This document shows, piece after piece, positions 9,180 to 21,946 of a stretch of DNA of 64,000 nucleotides. The position numbers were made by a program, and so were the translations under genes. This DNA is from Podarcis liolepis (taxonomy: Eukaryota), in the NCBI GenBank assembly GCA_965112155.1, contig OZ218098.1; one strand, given 5' to 3'. Below the pieces are notes generated by a model. The model was not told where the DNA came from, did not search any database, and worked only from the letters and a program-made list of their open reading frames with translations. The stretch's first letter is position 1, and every line of letters begins with the position of its first letter.

Positions 9180-10396
9180 GTAGGCAAAATAAATATTTTA
9201 TTGGCATAACAGCCCCTTTTAATATGAAAGCCCTTATGTCCACTCCAAATGCACTTTGACAGACTTTTCTCATAAAAGATAGTTATAGTTTTACTAGTTT
9301 TGATTATGTATTCAACACAATCTTGATTTTATTAGCTGAAAACATATTTTAAAAACAAAACCACAGAAACATAAGGAATCCCAGTGGCAATAATCCAGAC
9401 ATTATTAAACCTTGACTGTCTAGCATCCCATTGACAAAAAAACATGTAAAAGAAACTGAAAACCCTGCCAACATACAATTCCATCTGTTCTGATACATGC
9501 CATTTTCCCTGGGCCATAGTAAAACTTCAGAAAAAGGGGAACAATTCATTCCGATTCCCCCACAACAACAGCATTATCCACTTAGAAAAACCCTCTAGTG
9601 TTTTATAGACTTGTTTTATGAAAAGGAGAAAAAGGCTGCCTCCTGATACCGTTGAGAAGTCATCAATATATATTAAGGATTTTTAAAACAATACAAAGCA
9701 CACCCCCAAGGAGAAAGATTAAAGAAGCAGAAAATTTTATTTATTTTTAAAAGGTGTCTACTGCTCAGAGATAAGGCTCTCGGTGTAAGCGTTCTTAGTA
9801 GTTTTACGTAAGTTCATTTAGCTCTCTAAACTCTTTGCAAACAACAGCTTCTCCCAAGAGTTACAGCATTTTAAAACAACAACAACACAACAGGTTACTC
9901 TCCTCTTTTGAAGTGGCACTTGGTAACAGCAGTGAAAACAGGATAGTTGTTTCAAGCTCTCAGAGTGAATCAGTTATTGCACAGTTAAATACCTCACAGA
10001 GGTCAGTGGGTTTTTACATAGATATATAAAATAACAATGACAATCCTAGGCTATTTATAACTGGGGTAGATCAAGGAAGTCTTCAAGTTTTATGAGGAAC
10101 ACCTCTACACAGAAATAATTATAATAATTATAATAATAATAATAGCAAGACACTATGCACAAATGAACCGTAGGAATGTACAAATAAATATTAAGGCTTG
10201 AAAGGTGGTTCATGGGCAGTAGTAAGATGTAGAGTGTCCCAATCGGAGCAGAGGGAGCTGAAGTGGAACATTAAGCAGCACAAAACTACAAACTGTATAC
10301 AGTAGCCTTCACTTCTGTCCTCCTGAGTGCAGGCAGACACGCCCATCTAGCCTTCCAAAAAGAGAATTCCACAGTGTCCCTGGACCACATGCCAAC
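9180..10396 (-). other. ITPRID2: ITPRID2 terminal non-coding exon (3' UTR)
   Basis: Acceptor with a long pyrimidine tract, ...cccccacaatgacag|G, at 10397/10396. AU-rich, with minus-strand AATAAA at 9333-9328 and 9202-9197. The 3' end is approximate. Confidence 0.65.
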
Positions 10397-10509
10397 CTGT
10401 CATTGTGGGGGAGGGGGGGAGAGAGAGTTATTGCATGATTGTCATTTCAAATCAAAAACAAATATATTTATTTGGTGAAAGCAGCGACATGCATCTCAAC
10501 ACCTGGGAC

Positions 10510-10825
10510 TCACAACTTGCAGACTCAACCCATAGAATAAGAGAACAAGAAGAACATACGTTTAAAGAAGATTGGAAAACATCTATTGAATATATGGGAA
10601 ATAATTGTGTATAGCTGAAAACGCTGGCAGCATTAAGATAAATTCAACAGTGTAAATAAGTTTTGGTGGGTGCAATAATGGAATACCGAATGGTATAGTT
10701 TTTGTAAAATATGCAGAGATTTATGATACGTAAAATGAACTATGGAAAGAGAAGAAGGATATTTTAAGGATGTAAAATGAGTATTTGAAATTGTAAAACA
10801 GAAAATTTAAGAAAAAGTATATATA
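10510..10825 (+). mobile_element. L1-like LINE 3' fragment in the last ITPRID2 intron
   Basis: Translates to RIREQEEHTFKEDWKTSIEYM, resembling an L1 ORF2 C-terminus, followed by an A-rich 3' end. Confidence 0.55.
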
Positions 10826-11027
10826 TCATATATAACACATGCATTTCAACACCCCGGGCTAATGGTTTGGAATCCACCCACTGGTGGCCAAGTGGAGGCA
10901 GTAGTGCAATTCTGTAATATTCAGCCCCTACATTCTTTTCTGATGTAATCTGCATGGTCTTTCCCCACCCTCCTGCTAGCACTTACTGGCATGCAGCAAC
11001 ACTGAAATATTTACCTGTAGTACCGAT

Positions 11028-11138
11028 TCACGGTTGCGTTTCTTGCTTAGCGTTAGCAGATCTGCTAGGGGAAGAGACAGCTGCTAACAGTCCACTTACA
11101 ATTTCCCGTCTGATTTCACCGACGATAGATTCTTTGAT
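11028..11138 (-). CDS. ITPRID2: ITPRID2 last coding exon (human exon 17 equivalent)
   Basis: [38 protein letters not shown] acceptor at 11140-11139. The exon continues to donor CAG|GTAAAT at 11015. Confidence 0.95.
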   Translation of the reverse strand: MKESIVGEIRREIVSGLLAAVSSPSRSANAKQETQP

Positions 11139-13498
11139 CTGAAAAGAAGACATTTCAGGTTTGTCTACATTTACCATCCTTCCCCTATATTTGTAGCTCA
11201 CTGAAGGCTAAGCACAACTGCCTAGGTTGGGCCAATCCCATTCAATCTTTCCTTGTGGAATTGGGGGAATGTGGCAGTAGGCAGTTTTCCAGGGTTATAT
11301 CTGCAACACCATCCATTTGAAGCATATGGCTTTCCCCCATCTTATCCTGGGAACTGTAGTTTAAGGGTGCTGGGAACTGTAGTTCTGTGAGGGGGTAAAC
11401 TACAGTTTCCAGGTTTATTAGTGGGGAAGCCATGTGCTTTATTAAATGTATGGAGTGGATGTGTCCTAAGTTCTGTACTATGCTTCTAATCCTACAAGAA
11501 TATTGTTGGAGGGCAACACTGAAGGAGGGGGGTCAATACTGAGAAACAGACCCATGAGTTCATGGTGCAGAATAACCTAGGAGCCAAAGATGAGGAATAA
11601 ATTGACAGATACCTAAGCCAGGATGACCATTGGTGTCCAAAAACTCAGCCCTAACAGAAAGCCTTTTATCATTCTTCCTGTCTATGAGAATCCAATGGGC
11701 AGCAAGGGGCAGGAGGGGTGTGGTTGGAGAATGAGCCAGTCTAGTGGTTATTTAATGCCCAGGAAATTGCTCCAAACTGCAGCCCTGGTGGTTGACCACA
11801 AGCAGCAGCGCTGTGCTGAGAACCAAGGGTTCTGCGTTCCAGTGCTGGCGGGATTGCCACTTAAGGGACGAATACAAAGGCTATAAATAAATTGGGTGCA
11901 TTCCGAAATGAAGTGACAAAGGCTTCCCAAATTAGCGGAGCTAATGGATGAGCAAGCAAGAGAAAGGATCCATCTGTGTGGAAAGGAACAGGCAACTTGT
12001 GTTCTATTCCTGGCTTTGCTACAGCCAGGCTTCCTGTGTGACCTTGGGCAGGATGCTGTCTCTGCGTCCAAGTTTCCTCGCTGCAGTAAGGGATGTGTGC
12101 AAAGAATCCAACTTTGCATCTAGAAAGTGGCACACAAGAAAGAATACCAATGGACCTGCAATCAGTCTGATTTTAAAAAAATGTTTTACAGCTAAGTGTA
12201 AGACCTGCCACTCTTTCTAGAGAAGCTTCTTCAAATAGAGGGTGATGTCCAATGATTTCAATGGATCTATGCTGAGAATGATTAATGTTGGCTATCACCC
12301 AAAGGTTCCTTGAAACTAGTGCCTTGAAAGGCGCCAGTGTGACTTTGCAAAAGTGCACCGGTGTCTTGAAAAAGTAAAATGGAGACAGTTCAAATCAAGT
12401 ATTCCTGAAACAATTTGATTCAAGATACTATTCCCCAATAACCCGATTTCTATTAAGTAGAGAACACTAGCTCCATTCTTCTTTTATTTTATATTTTGCA
12501 TTTTTTATATTCCATAAATAAGAAAGCAATCTGCATTTCCTTCGAAGCAAGAGAGAACAAAGTTAAGTATCTTGGCCTTTTTGTAGTTTTCTTCTGTGGG
12601 AGTATGGAGAAAAGGATAGCGGGTTCCTTTTCATTCCAGTAAAAAGATACAGGTCAAAAGCTCACACACATTACAGTCTATTCTGGCATGCTCTGGAACA
12701 CTGAATACTATTTATGCTGTTTTCTCCTACAAGCCAAGATAATTCATGTATACACAGGGAGAGGAATTGTTCAGAATGCCATGAGTTTAACATTTGTGAA
12801 GAAATATCAAGAATGCATATTAATGAATTTCCCTGCAATGGATTCATTCTGCTTTGGGAAGCAAACAATGCAAGGCAGAGACTTTCGGTATTTATGAGAT
12901 GCAAAGAGATATATTAAACAAAGTGGGTGCCAGCATTAAACAAACCCACTCTGTAACATACACACAATGTGTGATTTGGCAAACTTCTGTGTTTAAGGGA
13001 CAAGCAACACAATGGGACTTACTTCTGAGGAAACATGAGAAGAATTGAATAACTTTTATGGCATTAGTCCTTAGACCATAACAGCACCAGACTTTCTCCA
13101 AAGCCCGGCACTGAGTATGAGACTCTCGGGGAAAGATCACATCCTCTGTATGCAGGACGTCTCAGTTCAACCCCCAACATCTCTTGATACTGTTGGGAAA
13201 GATCTGAACTAAGGCTGGGCCAAAAGAAGAAAGAAAGCTTTCCAACTGCTGCAAACAGCAACCTGATGGCTTCCCTCAAAGAATCTTGGAAACTATAGTT
13301 TGTTAAGGTTGCCAAGAGTTGTTAGGAGATCCCTATTACCCTCAGAGAGTTACAATTCCTCATTTCCTGGGAAGAGGGATTGATCATTAAACTATCCTGG
13401 GGATTGGAGTTCGGTGAGGTCAATCGAATCTTCTTAACCACATTAAGAAGAAAACATTGAGATAAAACGCTCCAAATGCTAGCCAGCCTGCTGCTCAC

Positions 13499-13912
13499 CT
13501 CTCGTATGACTTGCTGCAGTTCATCGTTCTCCACACTTCTGTGAATTTCTTCAACCGCAGGCACAAGAGGGATCTTTTCAAGTTTCTGCTCCACCTCCGA
13601 TCTGGACGTTGTGTGTCCCTCAGAGCTTTCAGGAGGCTGCCCTGTTCCTGCTCTTGCCGGTGGAGAGGGCATCAAGGCCACACACGCTCGGTAGATTTTT
13701 TTGCTTTGGGGCTTGGCCTTCCCCATCATCTCAGATGAGTGTGCACTGTCTTTTCTGCTGGCTTGGCTGGAACACACTGAAGAGGAGTCAGAATGTCCGT
13801 GATCAAAAGCACATTCTGAGCCGTCGGCCGGCGGAATCTCCATTCCAAGTTCTCCCAGACCCAACCTCAGCTCAGACTTCAGAAATGACTGCTCTCGAAT
13901 GAGTTCAGAGAC
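13499..13912 (-). CDS. ITPRID2: ITPRID2 exon 16 equivalent (414 nt)
   Basis: VSELIREQSFLKSELRLGLGELGMEIPP...ELQQVIRE. Junctions TAG| and |GTGAGC, phase 0/0. Confidence 0.95.
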
Positions 13913-14259
13913 CTACGGAATTATGAGAGGTGGGGGAGGAAGACAAGACAACTGCTTTACTCACTGTCTTGTGAGACAGGCAAAACCCCAAATGTATGGT
14001 GGAACAGGAGCACAAAAATTACGCCTCATCCTTGGGCTACAAACCATGCCTTCAACCCTACTGGAACGCACTGTGTCTCAGAATAGCCAAAGGCCTAGCA
14101 TGAATTTGACAGCATCCCCAGTATCTCACATGTTCTGTACATACATTTATTCCATTCCAATCCAATCCATTCCATTCATGTATCACTGCCAATGAAACAT
14201 CTCAGTGTGACTGGAAAATACCACTGCCTTCACTTCCAGCCTTTGTCTTGGTTACTTAC

Positions 14260-14325
14260 CGGCTCCATCACATTCAGTGAAGAAGGGCACGACAAGTTAT
14301 CAGTGCTTCTGCTCCCATACATGCC
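14260..14325 (-). CDS. ITPRID2: ITPRID2 exon 15 equivalent (66 nt)
   Basis: [22 protein letters not shown]. Junctions CAG| and |GTAAGT. Confidence 0.93.
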
Positions 14326-15794
14326 CTGGAAGAAAAAAACACCACAGAAATTAGGGGTTGTTGATGTTTTTGGAAGCTCTCAAAATTGCTTCGTGGCCTG
14401 TGCCACACCGCCAACTTTCTGAGAAAACAAGGACCCAGAGAGCCTTTTATGCTACCTCTGCATTTATGATTCCAGGACATAGTAAGGAAGAAAAATATTT
14501 AAAGAGCTGTAAGAGTTTAGAGGATATGGACACTGTTAGTCAGGACTCAGAGAAGACCAAATGAAATCAGTGGACTGAAGTAGCTTAAGTTCATCAATTT
14601 CAGTGGATCTATTTGGCACAACTTAGTTGGGTCTTAGTCCCCCCCTCAAAAAAACACACATCATGTTTCCTTTTCCTCCTCAGACCCATCCCTGGGTCTT
14701 CTAAACCTTTGGAATCTCCAAAGAAAAGCAACCTGAATCTGCAGAGGTCACCATTTGGTTATCGGGTAACCTGTAGTCAGCTGAGCTATTCTATCTAGAA
14801 CTTCCCCCCTCTGATGGGGGGAAAGGACAGAGCTCTTTAGCTACATGCTCTTTAGTTTAGTTTCTTCTGACTCCTCATTCAAATGTAATAGCTCCGTTCA
14901 TATGATTAAATTCTCAACACACATGCAGCCCCTTTGTTTCCCCTTCACATGAGTGGACACAAGAAACCATTGTTTGTCGTTTGGGGTGGCCATGAACCCC
15001 AGTTCTCCATTCACATGTAGCAGAAAGCTGCAGTCAGCCGTAGCTTCCTGGTTTGTTTCCTTGCTGACATGAAGGGAGGAGTGAAGGAGATGTAACAGCT
15101 CAGAAATACCCTAGTTTATTAAGCCAGGATTGGGCCACTGTCAATATAAGCCTCTATCATTTTCTATTTCAGGTTTGTTCATATGAAGAATGCCAGAGAG
15201 ATCAAGGGGCTGGAAGGTTGATCTGGATCATTAGTGGATTGTTGAACTGGATCATTAGTGACATCTGGGCTACACCACCCTAAACTACATGGGGAAATGC
15301 TTCCAGAGCAAGTTGTGAGCCTAGGGGAAAACACAGGCCATGTTTTATGCCTGTTGGTATTGACAGAGCAACGCAACCCCCAACTTCTTCTTGGCCTACA
15401 AATCCAAGCCCAGTTGCCTGTCTCTTAGTTTTTTAACAATAAAGGAGTACAAATACCCACAGGACAAACTCAACCATTCTGCTGAATGTGCATGTCCTCA
15501 CCATTCTGAGGCTGTGGGCTACAGGCCTTCAATCTGGGCTTCCCTCTTGCCACTGACTTGAAAATTTGCTTAGCATGTCTAATATTGAATTCCATTAGCC
15601 TCCGGAACATGGATCCACATGGGGGGAAAAAATACTCTGCCCCAAAACAAAAATGCTTAATGTGTCTGTTCTAATGCTTGGTGGCATAACAAAGTTCTGG
15701 GTATTAGGGGAATAACTCGCCCCATATCTACCCGGTGCTTCTACATCCCTTGCACAGATATATCTGCACAGACGGACTGTGACAAAAGACATAC

Positions 15795-15945
15795 CATGGG
15801 TGTTTGTTGCCTGTAAGGTGAAGACACGTGAATATTCCTAAGCTGCTCTTCGAGAGTAAGAAGGCGCTCCTCTAACTGCATTTCTAATTCCTGAAGCTCC
15901 ATGCGGACAGATTTCCTCAGGCTCTGGAGTTGATCAGCTTCATAT
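15795..15945 (-). CDS. ITPRID2: ITPRID2 exon 14 equivalent (151 nt; coiled-coil region)
   Basis: [36 protein letters not shown]...TPM. Junctions TAG| and |GTATGT. Confidence 0.95.
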
Positions 15946-16699
15946 CTAAATCAGAAGCAAACAAAATGGAAAGGGGAATATACAATCCTGTTGGCAGAGC
16001 ACAAATAGGCATATCATCCGAAGCAGTGGAGGGAATGATAACATATCAGTCCAGTGTTATGCAGATATATGCACTTTCACATGAAAATATATAGCAACCA
16101 AGAAAAGGGAACAGAGGAAAGAAGGAATGTGTGCATTCCACAGGAGTGCATGGGGCTTTACTTTTGGTTTTGCAAACTAATGAGGAAAATCCACTGGAGA
16201 TGAAATTAGTAAAAACAACAACAACTAATCCCTTAGGGCGGGGAACAAGACTTCCAGAGCTTAACTAGTATGTATTTAGCAAATCTGTAAATTAAATGCT
16301 ATATATAGGTTTGGATGTGGTCCAGGTATTTATTGGGAGCAGCGTATTATATAAGCAAGGGAGAGAGCTGGTCATGCAGATGCCGTAATACATGGATGGG
16401 AGAGTGAAGCAACCCTTTTCTTTCCTTACAGAATCTACAGTGAAAACGAAACGGGATTTCAGTGGAACTAGGCTGGCTTGAAGGGCTACCATGCATGTAG
16501 CAGACATCAGACAAGAAACTCATGAGCAGAGCCTTAGGCTAGGCCTGGGAAGACACACACTCAAATCTGCACTCACTTATGACTGACCTTGAGCTCAGTC
16601 ACTATTTCTCAAGCAAACCTTTACCACAAGCATATTGAAAGACTAAGATGGGGTGGGGAGAAGAAACTCAGGGCACATTTATCTCTTTAGGAGGATGGC

Positions 16700-16701
<2 letters not shown>

Positions 16702-16737
<36 letters not shown>
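16702..16737. repeat. (GT)n microsatellite
   Basis: About 18 uninterrupted GT units. Confidence 0.95.
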
Positions 16738-16741
<4 letters not shown>

Positions 16742-16839
16742 AAATGAGTATCTTCAGAAACAAATAGTTCTATGGAACCTCACCACCAGGTGGCTATAAG
16801 AGTGACTGGTATGATCTGGAGGGAAATCCTGAGACCAAC

Positions 16840-17450
16840 CCAGTGTGGTGAAGTGGTTTGAGTGTTAGACTAAGGTAAAAATAAAATAAAAGGGAAAGGA
16901 CCCCCGGACGGGTAACTCCAGTCAAAGGTGGCTATGGGGTGCAGCACTCATCTCACTTTCAGGCCAAGGGATTCAGTGTTTGTCCACACACAGCTTTCTG
17001 GGTCATATGACCAGCATGACTAAACCGCTTCCGGCACAACAGAACACCGTGACGGAATCCAGAGTGCATGGAAACACCATTTACCTTCCCGCCACAGTGG
17101 TACCTATTTATCTACTTGTACTGGATTGCTTTCGAACTGCTAGGTTGGCAAAATCTGGGAAAGAGCAACGGGAGCTCACCCTGTCACAGGGATTCAAATC
17201 ACCGACCTTCCAATCACCAAGCCCAAGAGGCTCAGAGGCTTAGACCACAGCAGCACCTGCACCCCATAGTGTTGGACTAGGACCTGAGAAACCAAGGTCT
17301 AAATCCCCACTCAGTCATTAAGTTCACTGGGTGATCTTGGGCCAGCCACAGTCTTGCAGTCTTAACCTACTGCTTCACAGGGTTGCTGAGAGGAAAAACA
17401 TTGAAGGGTCGAGAAGCATGCCACCTTGAACTCCTTGAGGAATAAATAAA
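16840..17450 (+). mobile_element. Older tRNA-derived SINE interrupted by a Sauria SINE
   Basis: A-box-like CCAGTGTGGTGAAGTGG before the insert. B-box and core (AAATCCCCACTCAG...CTTGGGCCAG) follow it. Confidence 0.6.
16873..17265 (-). mobile_element. Sauria SINE
   Basis: Family consensus in reverse orientation. TSD AGTGTT(A/G)GACTA at 16861 and 17268. Confidence 0.88.
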
Positions 17451-17929
17451 ATGAAAAGCCATCCCTTTCAAAACATCTAAATGTCCTAAGGAATAGGACC
17501 CTTGAAGTTAATGCCCAAATGAAACGAAACCCAAACGTCAAAAAGGATCTTACCAAGAGGGCAGAGATCAGAGCAAAAGGGACGAAAGGTTGGTCTTGAC
17601 AGAAGCACTCTGAAGAGAGTGGAGAAGAGGTGGCAGAACAGAAAGACCGCCATGGAGAAAGTTGCAGCAATCTAACTGTGAGTGATGATCAGAAGCAAAG
17701 TGGCAGAGTCAGAATGCAAAAGGCCAGTTCTAAATGCGCAGAAGAGGAAGGAGAAGGAGCGTGCTTTAGGATTATTTGAAGGCTGCACACCTAGAAGAAA
17801 AACAGTGCTTTTGAGAAAGAAAGAGAACAGATGCGAAAGGTTTTAGTAGAAATATAAAAGCAACCTGCATGTGAGCACAGATATAGTAAACAAGTTGCTT
17901 AGGTGAGAGCACCCCCCTACCCCACTCAC

Positions 17930-18057
17930 CTCTCTTCCTCTGTCATGTGCTGATAAACAGTGGTTTGCTGGCGCAACATGGACAATTCCAAATCCATCAT
18001 TTGCGTTCTAAACAGGTTTAGGTTCCTTCTCACGGCTTGAAGATCTTGGAATGTATT
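17930..18057 (-). CDS. ITPRID2: ITPRID2 exon 13 equivalent (128 nt)
   Basis: [43 protein letters not shown]. Junctions TAG| and |GTGAGT. Confidence 0.95.
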
Positions 18058-18107
18058 CTAGAAGACAGATACAGAGAAGTATTTATGTTCAGAACTCTGT
18101 GTAAATA

Positions 18108-18366
18108 CCGTATTTTTTGCTCTATAAGACTCACTTTTTCCCTCCTAAAAAGTAAGGGGGAATGTGTGTGCGTCTTATGGAGCGAATGCAGGCTGCACAG
18201 CTATCCCAGAAGCCAGAACAGCAAGAAGGATTGCTGCTTTCACTGCGCAGTGATCCCTCTTGCTGTTCTGGTTTCTGAGATTCAGAATATTTTTTTTCTT
18301 GTTTTCTTCCTCCAAAAACTAGGTGCGTCTTGTGGTCTGGTGCGTCTTATAGAGCGAAAAATACGG
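18108..18366. mobile_element. Tc1/pogo-superfamily MITE (CCGTATTTT TIR, TA TSD)
   Basis: TA-CCGTATTTTTTGCTCTATAAGAC...GTCTTATAGAGCGAAAAATACGG-TA. Confidence 0.85.
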
Positions 18367-19109
18367 TACATAACAAGAGCTCTGCCAAATCAGACCTAAA
18401 GGCCCCTCCAGGACAGAACCCTGTCTTCACAGTAGCCAAGCAGATGGCGACGATAGTGATGATTCACTTGTATATTGCTTATGTCAAAATGCCTCCTATG
18501 CAGTTTACAGCTACAGTTCCCCAACTATAAAAACCAATGCACAACTAAAAGAGACAAAAACCATTCTGCCGGGGCACTAAAACAACCTCAAAAATTAAAA
18601 TATGCAATAAAACACAAGAGAAGTCCACAAACAGGACATGAGCTCTCTTCTCACTTGCAATTCCCAGAAACTAGTATTCAGAGGCATTCCGCCCTCTTGA
18701 CACTGGAGGGAATAAAGAGCCACTATGGCTGGTAGCTATAGCCTTGTCTCCCATGAATTCCATGAGCCCAATCTGCCAATGGATTGTCTTCATAGAGACA
18801 ATCTGGGCTCTGGGCTGGGGCTCAGCAACTTACAGCCTATTGGTGGAGTCAGCCATCTTAGCACCACATCTACGGCATGCCCATGACCTCCCTGTCCTTT
18901 GCCCTTGAAAACCACCCAGAGGGAGGGAGGGAGGGAGAGGGCTGGATACATGGAGTAGAGAACTGCAACATCTCTTTCTTCGTCCCTATCTTCTAAAGAT
19001 GGGAGGGGAGAACCCAGATGAAAGGACATTCTCATTTTATACATATATATAGGCGCAAGTTTGTCTCAAACACAGAACATGGATGAAGAGAGAGAAAAAT
19101 GCCATTTAC

Positions 19110-19187
19110 TTCATAGAGAGGTAGAATAGAAGATCTCTGAGTACTGTAAGGGGCTGTAGTGAGGTCAGGACTTCTCATCATAGCATT
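19110..19187 (-). CDS. ITPRID2: ITPRID2 exon 12 equivalent (78 nt)
   Basis: NAMMRSPDLTTAPYSTQRSSILPLYE. Junctions TAG| and |GTAAAT. Confidence 0.93.
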
Positions 19188-21946
19188 CTAGAAAGGGAAG
19201 AGAAGAGGTCAAAACAAACATACATTTTAACAACTTGGTACATAAGACCAATAAGCAATAACATGTCAATACAGCAGTCATGAACACAACGAACTTTTCA
19301 TGCTATTGCACTAAAAAAGCCCAACAAATTTTGATTTTTACCTCTTGAAATATGGTAACCCTAACTCTGGGGGACTTCCGCAAAAGCTCAGCAACTTTGG
19401 CCAACTTCTCAGACCGCTGATGTTTAAATATATGGTACTAAATATATCAGTACTTTGAATATTTAAGAAAATATCAAAGATGTTCTGTTTTGTGTTTAAA
19501 ATATTGATCTCTTAATTTTGAGGTTATCTTATACATTGGGGCATCTTATACAAGGAAAAATACGTTTGCATTTGCCCAGTTTATTTTTCTATAACAACTT
19601 TGTGAGTAAATGGGCTGGCACTTCAAGCAAGGCCAAACTTTGGCTCTCATCCTCAACTCTGGGCCCAGCCCCCTCACACCTAAATGACAGCCCACCTGTG
19701 TTTCAGCCAGTGTTTCTGGCAGTCATACCCCTGCCACCCCTCAGATATGGAAACACTGAAGCCCCAAACAATATCTAAAATCTGAGACTGGTCAGATTTG
19801 TTACACCTCTTCAATTCTGCTGGGTGCGTGTATTCAAACCACCAAGGCCCCCAGAAGCCTTGCAAGGTGGTATAGTCCTACGGACGGCGGTATCATGTGT
19901 GCCATCTGAATTAGCTCTGTGCACCTGTGTGAAGAGCAAATTCCAACTAAGAAGTGGAATGGATTTAGATTCAAAAATCCAATTTGGCAGTGAAATTTCT
20001 GGGTAAGAAGCCAATTTGTGCAAAGCAAAACTTCCCACCTGCGATTTTTGTCCTTCCCCCAAAGGACTAAGAGCAGCCCATAGGAGACTGTCTACTCTGC
20101 GAAATAGATGAGACCAAATGCCTTCTTCAAGGCCACTTAGTGAACTTCACAATTAAGCAGGGATTTGAAACACAGGTCAATGCAGTCTAAGTCCAACGCT
20201 GTAACCCCTGCGCAAACTGGCTCATAATATTCTGGTTAAGATACAAGTACCAAATCAAAGCTGTGCTAAGATGATAATGATACATGCTGCATGACAGACA
20301 AAGGAGCTTTTCCTCAGACTTAAAAGTATCTAAGCAGTTAGCGTGCAAGTAGCAAGGCTTCAGATAGCATTATCTACACAAACCCAAATATGTCAAAACA
20401 GAAACACACAGAGGCAATACCGCCAAACTCCTAAAGGATGGGGAAATGTAGCAAGTCCAGTGTAGGTCTAGGAGTTTTATTAACTATGGACACCATGGAA
20501 AAGAATGCATTTTACAAAATGGAATGAGTAAAGCTGTGTCAGATCCCTGCGAAACTCCTGACTGGAAAAGCAACTATGTTCATTCCAAACTTTCATATGA
20601 TAAAATGAGGCTTCCGATTGTGAAAGCCTCTTCAAAAAAAGGTGAACTTTCCCCAGCTCCAGAACGGAGTTTATTGCATCTGGCAAGCATTTTAGAACAT
20701 GACAGGGCTGTTAAGTACCAAGTGGGGGAAAATCTTGGGATTCGTTCTAGGAGGAGGTTGAGAAAAGGAAGTTACTTAATCAAAATTTATTGCAGAGCAT
20801 TAAAATAGTCTGAGCTTTCAAATTAGCAGTTTTGCACATGAAACACATGGCTGCAAAACTTAAGCCGCCTAGCCTAGCTCTCAGGCTTCATGAAGACTCT
20901 GCAGAAATACGTATGGCATTCAAATATTGTTGTTTTATTCTAATTTGTGTGTGTGAACGGGGCTTGGCTCTTAGGCATACTACTCATTTCACACTTGCCT
21001 AAACCAGGCTGGCCTTCAATATAATGACATCTGGGAAATGGGAGACGGATCAGATTCATAATCCTGCTCAAGGACTCTCTAGATGAGAGGAGAACTTGTG
21101 ACCCTCCAGACATCCCTTTGTTATAACTCCCAATAAGCCCTAGCGATAATGGCCAATTATCAGGGACAATGGGAATTGTGATGCAACATTTCCACACAGC
21201 TGTACACGGCATGCATTAGACAATTAGTGGAGAGCAAACTTGCCCTTCTGCAAAGTTTGCCTCCCATTACTTATCTTGTCCTTGAAGGGACTCTGCCAAG
21301 CTCCTGGCCTGAGCAATGCCAACATTCCCCAGGGCACAGAATACCAATGGCTTACACTTCATCAGATGCACTAACAGAACAGAAATATCTTCTCAAGCCT
21401 CAATTTAATAATAATAATAAAAAGCAAGGCCTTTAAAACATTTGCATATAAAAGATCCCGAGTAGGAAGAAATCTAATTCATGCTTCACAGAACTGAGTT
21501 TTTGTACGTCAGCTTTGCCATGACTGTATTGAAAGGCAACGTGACCCAGTTGATAAGAGCATCAAATTTAGATCTGCGGAGTCAAATCCCAACTTAGTCA
21601 GGGACTCAATGGAATGTTTGGGCAGCGGCATCCAATGTAGTGCCTTCTAGATGTGGTGGACTACAACTTCTGTCAGCACAGCCAGTGGTCATGGATGATG
21701 GAAACTGCAATCCATAACACCTAGAGGGCCTCCTGTTCGCAAAACCAGTCTTTGACAAGCTTTTCCCGTTTACCAGCAAAATCAATTACATGTGGAAACA
21801 CTAAATGCCACGGGGAATCCTAAATTTAAACAAACCACCGCACAACGGTTGTGCATGCTGTCTTTCTTTTTAGCAACCAAAATATGCATCCTCCAGACAG
21901 ACACACCGGGGGGGGGTATACAAACTGCAGCCATGAGCTAGTTTAC

